This document shows, in pieces, positions 43,501 through 60,199 of a DNA stretch of 64,000 nt (position 1 is the stretch's first letter; every line of letters begins with the position of its first letter). A program made the translations under genes and the position numbers. The notes below the pieces were generated by a model. That model ran no database searches. It saw only the letters and a list, made by a program, of their open reading frames with translations, and had not been told where the DNA came from. Location: NCBI RefSeq assembly GCF_009914755.1, contig NC_060934.1; one strand, written 5' to 3'. Source of the stretch: the human T2T-CHM13v2.0 reference genome, Homo sapiens.

Positions 43501-44069
43501 TGTGGTAGCCAGCCTCCAAGATGGCCCGTGGTGATATCCGCCTCCAAGATGGCCCGTGGTGATATCCGCCTCCCAGTATTCATGCGCTTGTATAGTCCCG
43601 TCCCACTTGGAACAGGGCTGGCATGTGGGAACCACTACAATATTGCTGAAATGCTGGCGTGAGACTGCAAAAGTCCAAAGACTCCACCTTCCATCTCTGT
43701 TTTCGGAGGGAAGCTGGCTGTTCTGATATGAGGACACGCTCAAGAAGCTCTGCAGAGATACACGTGGGAAAGAACTGAGGCCTCTTGCCAAGAACCAGCA
43801 AGGAACTGAGGCCTCCTGGCAACAGCTATGTGAGTGAGCCATCTTGGAACCAGATCCTTCAGCCTCAGTCAAGCCTTCAAATAGATGGCAGCAGCTTCAG
43901 TTGACATCTTGACTGCAACCTCATGAGAGACTGCGAGTCAGAACCACCCTGCTTAGCTGCTCCCAAATTCCTGGCCTACTCATGGAATCTAAGTGAGATG
44001 ACAAATGTGTATTATCGTTTTAAGGTGCTAAGTCTTGAGGTTTGTTATGCAGTGATAACTAACCTATCA
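43501..44069 (+). mobile_element. MaLR solo LTR (MLT1F/E-like)
   Basis: 'tgtggtagccagcctccaagatggccc', 'gtgagtgagccatcttggaa', 'gacatcttgactgcaacctcatgagagac', 'tttgttatgcag'. Confidence 0.85.
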
Positions 44070-44179
44070 ACATATATAGGTGTAAAGAATAATAAAATAA
44101 ATCTCATGTACCTAATACCAGTGTTTAAATTTTTTTTTCTTTTTTTGGAAGCCGTGTGTGTGTGTCTTTCCTGATTGCA

Positions 44180-44680
44180 TGTCTCCCAATCATCCTTCAC
44201 CACCACTTCCACCACCAAGATTCACCACTAGCCTGAATTTTGAGTCAGTCATTCCTTGGCTCCTCTTTATGGTTTTGCCACATATGTGCTATCAATATGT
44301 TGTTGTGATTTGCTGATTCTAAGCCTACTATGAATGAAACAATACGGTATGTGCTCTTCTAGACTTGCCTCTTAAGATTTTGAGATTCATCCCTGTTGAC
44401 TCATGTGGCTTTAGTTCATTCATTTTGTCACCACGATACAGTTCTCATTGTGTGAACATACCCACAATTTACTGTTCTGTTCTACTGTTGGGGACCCTCT
44501 GGGGATTTTGCAATTTTCTGCTACTTTGAATAATGCTGCCATTTACATTCTACTGTGTGTCCTCTGGTACACACAGGCAAGAATTTCTCCAGGGTATATA
44601 CCTAGGAGAGGAGAGCTGGACTACGGATTGCACGTGTTCAACTCCTCTAATGCCAAATTGTTTTCCAAAGTGGTTGTGTA
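44180..44680 (-). mobile_element. L1ME fragment
   Basis: 'tttgagattcatcc', 'agttcattcatttt', 'gggtatatacctagg', 'tgccaaattgttttccaaagtggttgt'. Confidence 0.7.
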
Positions 44681-45519
44681 CAATTGACTCTTTAGCCGCC
44701 TTTCCAGTTTCTCTCCAAATAAGAGGCATGCTTGTTTTGCCAATTACCAGGAAAGCTTTCAACCAACAAAAGGGAAAGCTTTTCCTATTTGCAGCATCAC
44801 TACTACAAATAAATAGTACTCCAAAGCGGTGACCTAGACAGCTGGAACATATTAGTCACACGACATCAGTACAGACTTCAGAATAATGATGCAAACCCAG
44901 CCAACACCACACACTGCCCATGGGTATAAGTCAAATTTGATTTCTAGACATACAGTAAATTCAGAGGCTGTTTTCTTCCTGGTAGATTCACATACTATGG
45001 GCCCACCTGACTGGTATCTTCTTGAAGGAGAAAAAGAGTAATTCACATGCAACCCAGCCAAATTCAAGATTAAAACAGGAGAATCAAATAATTTCTGTGA
45101 AATAATGGAATATCTATGTGTGTTTTTTTAAACAGGCAGTTGGTTAGGTTTTTTAATATTTTTACCTATAAAATTGTTATTTATTACACTTGATTTTATT
45201 TATAGTAATTCTACAAAAAATTCTCAATTATTTTCTCTATAAAAAGCTGTCCTTTATAGGTTTAGTTAATCCAGTTTCTTAGATGAAAATAGTAATTTTT
45301 ACAATTTAATCTGCATTTCTAGGAAAAATGTGATAGCAAATGTTTTTATCAGCATGAAATACAAATAATGAGAAATTATCTCAATTTGAGTAGGAAGGAA
45401 AGAAGAAATGTTATCATAAATTTAAAAGAGACTCATATGTCATGGGAAGAAACAATGGCAGTAGATAATCAAAATAAATTCATTTCAACTCAACCTCCTG
45501 ACAGTTCTCGTCTTTTTAA

Positions 45520-45695
45520 AATCATTTATCCCGACAAGGTAGAAACTGTTTATTCCCATCTTGTAGATGGAAGAAACTGAGGTACAGGAAGGAATTCAGT
45601 TATGCAGTCACACAGCTGATAAGTGGTAGAACAAGGATTTAAACCCAAGCAGTTTACTCCAGAGCCCATATTCTTAACCACCACTCTGGACAGCT
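45520..45695 (-). mobile_element. MIR
   Basis: 'tattcccatcttgtagatggaagaaactgagg', 'ggatttaaacccaagcag..tactccagagcc'. Confidence 0.8.
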
Positions 45696-45779
45696 TCTTC
45701 AGTCCCCCAAGACAAGTCAGAAGGCCCTGCAATGGTGATGATAGTAGCTACCAGTTAATAAGCATCTACAATGTCCTAA

Positions 45780-46109
<330 letters not shown>

Positions 46110-46780
46110 TACTGTGTTATTTCTAATTCTCTCCACATCTCTACCGGGTATGTATTATTCCCATTTTATAGGTGAAGAATCACAGGCTCTGAGAGTTTAA
46201 GTAACTTGGCCAAAATCACATAGGCAGTAAAATAAAATGGTGGAGACACCACTTGAACCTATTGTTGACTTCAAAGTTCATGCTGTTTCCACAGTGGGCC
46301 TTTTAGACAAAATAAAACCATCTAATTTCAGGGCTTGTGGTAGGCAAGTGTGACCTTAAGGTCCTGGAAACAGTCCCCGTGAAGGAAACAGATGCCATAT
46401 TGGGGGAAGGTATGCCAGTGTTCCTAGTGACAGTAGCTTTCATGCCCCCATCACAATGAGACTGAGGCAGAGTGGGTGCCGATAAGAGCAGAGGACTCAG
46501 TCAGAAGACGACTGGGTTCCACTGGGCAGGGCAACTGGCCTCTCAGGCACAATGTTTTCCTCTGCAAAATGTGGATATCTTTTATTTCAAAGGGTTGCTG
46601 TGAGGATTAGAGAGACTAACACCTGGCACACAGCAGGCATCAGATGTATGCTTGGCAATGGCAAGATTAAGAGAAAACAAGCCCCAGCAATCTAGCAGGA
46701 AATAGCAGGGAGGTAATTTTAAACATTTTCTTGCTTCCATATATAAAGCCTCACATAATTCAAGATGGATGATTCAATAA

Positions 46781-47111
<331 letters not shown>

Positions 47112-48357
47112 CAATTTCTTTTTTACTAATATGATAGTTTCCACATTCTGGCCTACTGTAAGCACAATAACCTTGCTAACTAGATCAACCCTTTATGATA
47201 TCATTTTTTACATAAACATTGGAGCTGGAATGGACTCAAAGTAAAACATTTGGCACATTTAACCTTTCTGTTACTGACTAGAAAAGTGGCCAGGGAGGGA
47301 GAGAAACCACCTCAGGTCAGTATGAGGTGTTTGAAGAACACAGAAGCAGCTATTGCTAACATTTACTCAGAATACATCATGAGCCAGATCTCCTGCTCAG
47401 CATGTTTCCTGCATTCTCTCTTAAAACCCCTCACTCAACAACCCTGAGAGAACATATCATAATACAGATCCCTATTTAACAGAAAAGGAAATTGATTCAT
47501 ACACTGACTTGCTTAAAGTCAGTGACTGCTAGTCCCACAGACTAGCAGATGGGTACAACTGGCTCGTTGCACATGGTAGGCACTCAGTATGTTTTGAACA
47601 TGGGGTCTTTATTTTCTCCACCACAAAAATAAAAAGCACTACTAATTCCACAAAGATTTTAAGGATAAAATGAGATTAGGTACACAAAGTCCCTGGCTCA
47701 GTGCTTTGACCTTGGCATATGCTGCGGTAGGTGAGCAACAATGCTGATATAAAAAGGCATAATAACCACCTGGAACAAGGTTATGATAATGACAATGAGC
47801 ATAACACATATCGTAATGGGCACAAGATGTATGAATGCCAAACAAACACATGAAAAGATGTTCAATATCATTAATCATTAGGGAAATGCAAATCAAAATC
47901 ATCATGAAATACCATTACACACCTATTAGAATAGCTGAACTGCATAAACTGAAAATATTAAATGCCAGCAAAAATACAGGTCAACTAGGACTTTCATATT
48001 CTGCTGCTGGGAATGCAATGGGTGAATACGTATGCAAACCATGGCACATCCATACAACAGAATACTAGTTAGTAATAAAAAGGAACAAACCTTTGATACA
48101 CACAATGTGGATGGATGTCAAATGCATTATGCTAAGTGAAAGCTAGTCTCAAAAAGTCTGTATAATCCCACTTACATAATAGTCTTACAAAGAAAAAATT
48201 ATAAAGGCAGAGAACAGATCAGTATTGCCAGGAGTTCAGGAGGAAAGAGGATTTAAACTACAAAAAGGCAGCACCAGAGAATTTGAAGGGTGAGGAAATT
48301 GTTCCGTATGCTGTTTGTAGTGGTGGTTGCGTGAATTAATGTCTGTGTTAAAATTCA

Positions 48358-48672
<315 letters not shown>

Positions 48673-48682
48673 TCACAGAAGT

Positions 48683-49058
48683 TGCTACACACTGAATGCT
48701 TGTGCTCCCCTCCCCCGCCCCGCCCCACAAAATTCATATGTTGAAACCCTAGTCCCCAGTGTGATGGTATTCAGAGAGGACTCCTTTGGGAAGGTCATGA
48801 GCAGGGAGCCCTCATGATGGGATTAGTGCCCTTATCAGAAGAGACAGGACAGAGAGAGATGACTTCTCTCTCTGGATGTGAGGATACAGTAAGAAGGCAT
48901 CCATCTATGAAGCCCAAGAAGGGCCCTCACCAGAACCCAATCATGCTAGCTGGCACCCTCGGACTTCAAGTTTGCAGAACTCTGAGAAATAAATGGCTGT
49001 TGTTTAAGCTACCCAAGCTATGGTATTCTTGTTACAGCAGCCCAAACTAACTAGGACA
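48683..49058 (+). mobile_element. MaLR solo LTR (MLT1A/MST-like)
   Basis: 'aaattcatatgttgaaaccctagtcccca', 'gatgggattagtgcccttat', 'gagaaataaat', 'gttacagcagccc'; 5-bp flanks gaagt/gaact. Confidence 0.85.
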
Positions 49059-50200
49059 GAACTATACACTTCCAAAAAGTGAATTTTACTGAATTTTAAG
49101 TTTTTAAAATTTAAAAATTACTAAAAAGTAGCATTTAAAAATCATAGAAATAACTGATAGGTCTTGGTGAATGGCTGGATATCTGACAGTTGTGGAGAAG
49201 GGGTGAAATGTGAGGGTCATATAGCTCTGAAGTTCCTTGCCAAGGGAACAATCATGGGACAGGAGACCATCAGGAGTCAGGGTATCAGAAATAAACAGAG
49301 GCTCTAAGAAGTACTGAGGGTCAAGGACCTTGGTTTCCAGACTGATTTCACCAAATGAGTGACTCCATGAAATTATGCAAGCCACATCACCTCCCAGAGC
49401 CTTAGTTTACCTACCTCTAAAATGAACAATGAAGCATGTGATCTTGAAGGTCTTTTCCTGCAACAAACATTCTAAAGTCAATTTTTCAAAAGCTATTGAG
49501 TCTAGGAAGACAGCAAAACAAATAAGGAGAAATACCCAGACAGGAAAAAAAAATAGTATACATCTGCACAAATATCACCAGAGAATAAAATAAAGTGAAA
49601 CCATCAACATGTCTGAATGGTAAAGTGAGGTGATGAAAGTAGCCAATAGCAGAGAAAAGATAAGAGACCCAGAATACCACTCCACTGTATAATGGAAGCC
49701 AAGAGAAGAGAGCTTTCACAGGGGCTGGGGACAAGAGAGCTGGAATAACTCAAGAATCAAATGCTGAAACAGACAAAAAGAATGAGGACTGATAAAACAA
49801 CAAAACTATACAGATTTTCATGTGATCAACAGAGTGACTGCAAAAAAACAGTAACAAAAAAACAGTAACAAAAAAGCTCCCATCAAAAACTTGCATGTTG
49901 TCTGCATATCTTGGTTGTGTCCTAACTGCTTTTGCCCTTGCATTTTCAGTCTCACTCTGCCTTCTTCATCTTTGCTGCTAAGAATATAGAATTTAATAAA
50001 ACACGTAGGAACAGTTTCCCTGCAACAGCCCACTTCAGAGGCTGTAATTTTCAAAATTTAGAAATTCCTGGAAATTAAGAATATGACTGTTAAGTGCTGG
50101 GAGCCTTTTTTTTTTACTTGTCCTACTTAAGTTTATTCAAAGACTCCAGAATTCTAGGAGAGAAGAAACCATTGCATTAACAGAATGGGATGTATACTTA

Positions 50201-50539
<339 letters not shown>

Positions 50540-51359
50540 TTATTATTGTCACTTAGTCTGTCATGCAGGGAAATAGCTTGAAGTCAACAATATTCCCAAA
50601 CTGACCAACTGAAATATGACAAATCCTTCATCTCTATCCAGAGTGGGCCTCAGGACACTATTTCACATGCTTCAAGCTATTTCAGCCAAGTGACCCCAAG
50701 GCGGCATATAACTCTGAGCACTTAACCAGAACCAGAGGATTGGGGAAATTAACAGTTACAAAGAATGCCCACATGCAAAGTTAACACAGAGTAAACTTTT
50801 CAAACACAATTACTTTTGCCAACTTTTCTTTCTGATGATTACATGTAAAAACATCAATTTCATATAACCTGGTTCTGCTGGTTATGAAAGAGGAGGGAAA
50901 AGAGAAGGGCACTTGCTTGGGCTTGAAGTCTGGTTATACCACTATCAATTTACTAACTTTGAGCAAATGTATTTACTCCTTTTTATCTCCTATTCTGCAT
51001 CTACAAAATGGGGACAATCACATTCTCCATCTAGCACTCAGGCTATTAGTGACACGCCCAGATGAGATCATGTCTGTGGAAGCACTCAAGGAGAATGCAA
51101 ATACAAATAGAAGGTGTTATTACTGCTATTCTATATGGGGGAAGGGGAATGAATATATTTTGAACACCCAATCACATCCCAGCTGCCTCTTTCAAGTCAA
51201 CCATATGCTTCTCTCCCATCAACAGCTGGGCTGTTGAGCAGATGCCGAATTGATGGAGACAGAAAGGTGCTGAAAGAGAATGCTTCTGTTACCCAGCTTC
51301 AGTCCTCCTGGCTGGGTGAAGATAGAAAAGCCATTTCTTATCCATTTCTATTCCACTAA

Positions 51360-51960
51360 CCTTTTTGAGAGTCTTCTATGTGTCAGACACCATGCTGGAC
51401 ACTAAGAACACGTTAATTTTTGACAAAACAGGCTGTGTTCTCAAGCACATCCACTCTGGAAACCACTATGCAGAAATAGCCAAGAACCGAGTCTAGGAAG
51501 ATGAGGACAAATCAGAGGAGAGAAGCAGGGGTGAGAGAGTAGAGCAGCAAGGAACCACAAAGGACAGGAAGGCAGATGAGAGGGCATGACAATAAAAACC
51601 CATGTGTTCAACTAGGACTCTCAGGTCTTAACCCATGGGCCAAGGAACCACAGACACATTTTTAAGCAGGGACTAACATGATCATCCTTGCAGTTTAGAA
51701 AGAGGACTGTGACTACAGTTGGGAAGATGAAATGAAGAAGGGCAGAAAATGGGCAGCTGTAGCAGAAATCCAGGCACCAAGTGATAGGGGCTCGAGAATG
51801 AGCTAATAAAAAGAGGTAAAATGAACTTGCTTGGTGACTGGAAGGATGCAGGGGTAAGAGGAATTGTAAATGATTCCTTGGTTCTGTCTTGATGACTAAG
51901 AGGATGTTGGACTTTTTCACAAGATACAGGAAGAAGTATGGATTTGGCAGGCAAGACAAT
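51360..51960 (-). mobile_element. L2 fragments
   Basis: 'ctatgtgtcagacaccatgct', 'ttttaagcaggg..taacatgatc', 'agaaatccaggca'. Confidence 0.65.
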
Positions 51961-52349
51961 TTCACATTTTACTTGTATCACTTGGTAAATGACCTCATGT
52001 AAAGGAAGTCACTTTGTACATTTGTGACCAACCAAAAAGTTTTAATTTTCTCATCATTTAGCTGCCTGTTTCAAATTTCCATAGACAAGAGGACCACTTA
52101 AGACAGAATGGAATGGCTAGGCAAGAACCCACTTCCACATTCTTAACCTCTTGTAGCCAAAGTGAGAACATACCTGACATGAGAACTGAAGCTCAGAAAG
52201 GTTAAGTGGCTTACCCTAGGCCTTGCAGCCAATAAAAGAGGAATTAAATTTTAATCCAAGATGGTCTGCTTCCACAGCATCAGCTCTTCTTCTAGCATGC
52301 TATTGTGCTCCATTAAGTAAGGGCCTAACACTACTCATCAGATGTAGTA

Positions 52350-52713
52350 CAGGTTGGATACCCTCTTTCCAGAATGCTTGGAACCAGAAGTATTTTGGAT
52401 TTCAGGAATTTTTGTGATTTTGGATTATTTGCATATACCTAATGAGATATTTTGGGAATGGGACCCAAGTCTACCCATTAAATTCATTTATGTCTCCTAT
52501 CCACCTTCTACATATAGCCTGAAGGTAATTTTATATGCGATATTTTTAATAACATTGTGCATGCAACAAAGTTTTGACTGTGTTTTGACTGCAACCCATC
52601 ACATGAGGTCAGGTGTGAAATTTTCCACTTGTGGAGTCATATTAGTGCTCAAAAAGTTTTGGATTTTGGAGCATTGCAGATTTGGGATTTTCAGATTTGG
52701 GATGCTCAACCAA
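52350..52713. mobile_element. Tigger4b/MER46-type DNA transposon
   Basis: TIRs caggttggataccct / gggatgctcaacc, TA flanks; 'gaggtcaggtgtgaaattttccacttgtgg'. Confidence 0.85.
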
Positions 52714-53943
52714 TACCCGTTCTCTGGACACTTTATTCTTCTCCTGATACTCGCCTCTGATAACAGAGTTCAGGTAACTCTGAATCACCTTGTTTTAATC
52801 TCTCCAAACACTGTTCCCACTGCTGAGCTGTCAATCAATGATCCTGTCAGCCTAGAAAGCCCTGCCCCATCTCTGCTTCTTCAAGTTCATTCCAATGCCT
52901 ACTTCCAATAACCAGCCACTCTGTGGCTCTGCAAATGCAGGGAGAATGTTCTGCTTCCCACAGGAGCTACTTCTGAATTCACCTGTCCTACCTTATGTCA
53001 TAGCATTTAAAGTTCTTTCAGGGTAGTCCTTATTTAACTCAGTCCTTATTTAACTAACACTTGTGTCACTGGCTGAACCAAGCATGATACTTCTCCCTGT
53101 TCAATATCTTTTTGTGTGTTATATCAGGGGAAGAAGGGAGAAGAAGGCTACTGGAGAAGATGCACAGTGTTTATTTGGAGCCTGCCTACTAAACACTTAT
53201 CAGGCACTCTCCTAGGCATGAGAGGGCAATGACTGAGACAGCAAGGTCCCTGAACTTACACTGAAAATGTGATGTTTATTTTTCTAAATAAATAAATATG
53301 CACACATACATAAAGCAAACACATCAAAAAGTTAACATTTGATAAAACTGGAAGCTGGATATATATGCATTTATTGTATTATTCTCAGTAGGTTCCTGAA
53401 CATTTAAAATATTTTAACAATAAAAAAATTTGTAATGAGAAGAAAATAAACATAAAGCCTCTACTCTCTGTGGAAAGAACTGCTTTGTCAGACTAACTTA
53501 TTTCCAAAGTGCCAGGATAGAGAAAATTTTACAGTGATCTATTTTGTTTTTAACATCATGCTCCACAGCAGACAAAACAATCAGGAGAAAAGGTGAAAAT
53601 GAACGAGTTTAGACAATGGAATTCAATTCAGCAACACAATGAGGTTCTCAGCCAGTCTAGGCTGTCTTCATTTCCAACTCCTTATCCTCTGCAATGTTAA
53701 ATGATAAAATAAAATACCAGAAAAACATAACCACATTCTAAAACCTTTTGCCTCTGAAGAGGAAGCCCTAATAATAACCACTACCATTTTATTCTACATC
53801 TACAGTGTGCTGGGGTCTTACAAACATGATCCCCTAATAAACCTGTAGGATGAGCTTTTTACAGATGAGGAAGTTAAGATTCAAACAACTTAAGTAATTT
53901 CCTCAACATCCATTGGTTCCATTGCTGGTGAGAGGCCGGAGCC

Positions 53944-54950
53944 CAGGCTGCGCACCACCAGGGCTGAACCGTGGGTAACAGAGCTAGCTTCCAAATCTCT
54001 CTCTGCCGAGAGTCAAACACCTTGGTTTTGTTTTCATTTAACCATGATGCACACCTCTCACTATCTGATACTCCTTCACTTACTTATCGTAAACTTCTGG
54101 GCTCCCACAAAGGAGTGGATCTTACACAGAGAAAGCAGTCTCTAGTAGTAAATTCAGTAAATTTAAAAAACACACACACACAAAATCCAAGAAATCACAG
54201 TCTTGAGATACAGGATCAAAAACCGTACCTCCAAATGGTAACTCAAGGCAACAAAAAAATTGAGGGGTAAAAAACTAAATTGCACAACACACTGCAGTCA
54301 TCAAAGAAACACTGCATGATTGTTTTAAATTGAACAGCCTTAACCTCTGAAGGGACCTTAATGTTGTAGTCAGCAACAAACCTGTGAAAAGAAAAAGAAT
54401 TGGTAAAATCACTTTCTAATGTTATGTATCTTTAAACACTTGTGACTGTGAAGAGTGTACAAAATTTATCTTCCACATGTAGACAGAGGGGCAGGACAAG
54501 CTAGAGCATACATAAACAGGTTAAGATTTTATTATTTACTAAATTTTCAAAAATGTAGAATAACATTAAACTTGAAATATATGCCATTGTTTATTCTAGT
54601 AGGAGTTACATTAACCATTCTGGAAACAAAATATAGATCAGAAAATGAGAAAAGTCAGATTTAATCTAAACGTCAACATTTCTGACCCCTAGAGTTTATT
54701 CCTAAAATAGGGGCCTCAGTGCAAAAACGGCACTGTACACTTTGCTTTTCTATCACTTCCTCCTGCACAGTCTAAGCTCTGATGACAGCTCTCAGACAGT
54801 AAGGAAACTGCTGAGTCAAAACCACATAATCAGAGCCCTCCACCAGCTGGACCCTCATAAACCTGACACCCCACCCAAAAGAAAGCAAACTGGTCCCCCA
54901 CATGAGCCTGCACGTAACAGGCTGCTCACCACCAGGGCTGAACCGTCGGT
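53944..54950 (+). repeat. Isolated 33-bp direct repeat pair (53944-53976 and 54918-54950)
   Basis: caggctgc[g/t]caccaccagggctgaaccgt[g/c]ggt, 31/33 identical, with unrelated flanks. Confidence 0.9.
54229..54381 (-). other. Candidate 153-nt non-coding cassette exon
   Basis: Strong minus-strand acceptor ttctttttcttttcacag|G; donor GAG|gtacgg (alternative donor TAA|gtaagt at 54084). Confidence 0.4.
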
Positions 54951-56374
54951 GAAATTTACATGTGCAACCCAAGCAGAGGTTCCAGGGACGGTGTCTAAAG
55001 AAGAACTATTAGGAAGATAAGAGAACCAGAACTGTAGAGAGCCACCAAAAATGCACAACATATAACAGACTCCAACAGCAAACAGGCAATTATTTGCCTA
55101 GACGTCTGATACAGTGCCAGGTTAGCTCACTGCACTTGAAATTTTAACGGCACAAAAGAACCGCAATTATCTTTTTTCCCAGAGACACATTTCTTTGATT
55201 ACATCTTGCATGCTGAAATAAAAAATTTATTCAAACAGTTTCAAGGTTATTCTTTGGAATGGAGTATTTGACTGATTGCCAAATGTATAAATTATATGAC
55301 TAAGTATTAAACATGTGTGTTTACTTTGTTCCAGAGGTCACCTATTTAAATCAAGGACTTAAAAAGTCCTTGATTGATCAACTCCACAAAAAAGAAGAAA
55401 GATTATTTATCCCTATAAATCTACACATACACCCATCAGTAAAAAGACCAAGACAGACTCCAAAAAAATGACTAAAAAGATCATACAAGAAATATAACAC
55501 AATACACAATGCTGTCAGTAAACTCACCGATAAGCCTCCATCTTCAGATAGATCATGTGCCTTTAGAAAATGTGAGCAATGTAAACAAACAGATTTGACT
55601 GGCATTGTTTAAAACCACCAGTTAATCACATTTGATTTTTATCAGGCCTATAACGGTACAAAACATTTCACTTCTGTTACTACAAAGCTGGAAGCTAATT
55701 TCAATTTTCTACATCTCCACAAAAAAGCACCTACAGACATGTCACTGCAAGATGCCCAGGCACCACAAAACCCCTGGACCACTGCATGGAGTCAGTGGGG
55801 AGCATACTGCTCTATATTCTCCATTGGGCCTCCCCTACCACCCAGATTTGGGAAAAAATACAAATTAAAATCAAGGGAGCTTGCTGTGCAAACACAGCCT
55901 GTAGCTCAGAACCTCAGCCCCACTTCCAAACAGAATGTCATCCATAAACAGAAATTCCAGAGCTGCCACAGTGAGACAGGCTCACAGAGAAGCATACCAC
56001 TGAAATAAATCATATCTGCATATCCAGTGAGCATTTAACCAGCTCAGAGTGAACTAAGGAACCAAACACTACTGCCAGATTTTCCCTCCTAAGGTACTGA
56101 CAAGTAAGAGCTATCAGAGCAAAAGATATGAAAACACCGGCTGTTTTCCAACAACCCTGACAGGACTTGCTCAAGGTTGCTGCCAAGTTTGCTGGTGAGA
56201 CTGCTCTGAAGTATTGTGAAACCACACTCTTGACCTCAGGCAGTACTAATACCTTCAACTAAACACTGTTCAAAGTGGTGGGTGTGTTTATAACTGTAAA
56301 GGCAGAATTTCCTTGACCACACAGTGATAAGGCACCCTCTAATAAAACTGATCACAAGAAGGCACATATTTTTA

Positions 56375-56586
56375 TTTTCCTTTTTATTTATACAAATGTA
56401 TGGGGTACATGTGCAATTTTGTTACATGCATAGATTGCATAGTGGTCAGGTCAGGGCTTTTAGGGTATCCATCCCTCAAATAATATACATCATACTCATT
56501 AACCAATTTCTCCTCATCCTCCCCACTTCAACCCCTTCACCCTTCTGAGTCTCCATTATCTATTGTTCCACTCTCTACATTCATGA
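56375..56586 (-). mobile_element. L1MA (MA1-3-like) 3' end
   Basis: 'tggggtacatgtgcaattttgttacatgcataga', 'gcttttagggtatccatc'. Confidence 0.8.
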
Positions 56587-56619
56587 CAAGGAACATATTT
56601 TAAGAGACACCTTATTTTC

Positions 56620-57130
56620 TTTTAAAAAGAGTCTCTTGAAAGATGTTTGTCTTGAACAAATATTTGTACACCTGTGTTCACAGCAGCACTAACCACAACA
56701 GCAAAAGATAGAAGTAACCCAAGTGTCCACTGACAGATGAATGGATAAACAAAATGTGGTATATCCATACCATGGAATATTAAAAAGGAAGGAAATTCTG
56801 ACACATGCTACAATATGCGTGAACTCTGAAAACATTATGCTAAGTAAATCAAGCCAAATACTAAATAGTTCCACTTATATGAGGTACATAGTCAAATTCG
56901 CATATACAGAAAGTAGAACAGTGGTTTTCCAGGGGCTAGGGGTAAGAAACAATGGGAATGATTGTTTCATGGGCATAGAGTTTCAGCTTGGGATGAGGAA
57001 GTCATTCTGGAGATGGATGGTGGAGATGGTTGCACAACAATTTGAAGGTACTTAATGCCACTGAACTGTATACTTAAAAATTGTTAAAATGGTACATTTT
57101 GTGTATGTGTATTTTACTATAATCAAAAAA
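56620..57130 (+). mobile_element. L1MB 3' end
   Basis: 'cccaagtgtccactgacagatgaatggataaacaaaatgtgg', 'aatgccactgaactgtatacttaaaa'. Confidence 0.85.
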
Positions 57131-57299
57131 GATGTTTGTACTTGTTTAAAGTATAGATTTGGAATAGTAGAAATATTTTAAAACTATAAAAATACAACAT
57201 ATATTTCTATGCATATTTAAGAATCTACCAAAGTTGTCTTCAGCTTCCACACTTGGCGAAAATCTGACCTTCAGTCTCAGTCTGGAAAGCTAAAGAGCA

Positions 57300-58260
<961 letters not shown>

Positions 58261-59409
58261 AGCAGCAAGTGAGTACAAAAATATCAGGGAAAAATGTGTA
58301 GAAGGACAACAATTTCACTTCTGCTTCTGAGATTATCCAGATATATTCTCCTTCAAACAGTGCACAAAGCTGGGGTTAGGAAATACTAAAATGAAACCAC
58401 ATCATCATTGCCAAGAAAATCTTCAGGTCCAGGAGTCACAGAGAAGACAAGTCAGTTATATGACAAAAGATTAATAAGTTGGAAAGAAACTACCACTCAT
58501 ATTGTATTACATGGACAGAGCCAGCAAAAATAATAATATAAAAACAAACTAAACAAATAAGTAAAGGCCTTGCTCCTCCCTCCTCCAACTCAGATCAAAG
58601 TCAACATCCACCCAGTATCACAAACATTAACAGCACTGATCGTATATGCTAAGAAATCAAGTCCCTGTACCACAATGCCAAATTCTATTTTAATAACAAA
58701 ACTGTAATAATGTTTATAAAATGTCAAACTTGTACTTGTATCCCAGAAGTCCATTCTAGGACAGCAAGATTTAGCTTTGGCAATACTATTCCTTTCAGCA
58801 TTCCACCTTTCAGCATTTGATCAAAATGTGCATTTGGTGAACATCTAATATTTATAGAAAATAGATCAGAGAGATATACACCAAAATGATAACAGCAGTT
58901 ATCTATGTGTAATAGGGTTATTACTATTATTTTAACTTATACATTTTCTAAATAAAGGAGGAAGAGCAAGAGGGGAAAGAGAAGGAAAAGGGTAAGAGAA
59001 GAGGAGGAAGAGAAATAAGAAAAAGAAAAGTTGTCCTTGAAAGAAAACCCATCTGGCTAAAAGGCTAGTGCAGAGCAGCCTTGGGCGGTCAGCACAGGCT
59101 GTACACCACAAGATTTCAGGGGACGCTACTCAGTGCCCACTCCTCAAACACTGTGCTGAAGCCACCCCACCCTTACACCTCAGCCTCCCACAGTGCTGGG
59201 AGAGAAAAGAGAGTTTCAAGGAAGATAGTATTATCATCGAAATTTAATCAGTGTGATATCTTTATTACTTAAAGCTTTTTAAAAAATCAGTAATTTCAAG
59301 TCAAAGATGTAGCCTAATAACAAGTACAGAGAAACACACCTGATATGACTATACAGGTGGCAAAATTGCCTGTGAAGGAGACATTCTTTTTGTAGTCTTC
59401 CTATGAATA

Positions 59410-59992
<583 letters not shown>

Positions 59993-60199
59993 TATTTACA
60001 GAATTTTTTAATGACAGAGTCAGTATGACCTGACTCTTGCCTTGGTAGACTAAGACCTGTTGAGGACATATCTGTCTAGTTCATCACTGTGTCACCAGTA
60101 CTCCACAGGGTACCTGGCCCATAGTAGGGCCCAACCAGTACCTTCTCAATAGTTTTTTTTTTTTTTTTTTTTTTTTTACAAAGGCATTACATACCTTTT

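Noticed and set aside
43393-43872. 159-aa minus-strand ORF with a repeated GHLGG motif
   Set aside because: Antisense reading of an MLT1 LTR; the repeat reflects the 28-bp duplication
52354-52911. Longest ORF (185 aa)
   Set aside because: Mostly overlaps a non-coding Tigger4/MER46 MITE; non-ATG start; no recognisable domain
53025-53056. 16-bp tandem duplication (similar ones near 49845 and 58795)
   Set aside because: Ordinary slippage duplications
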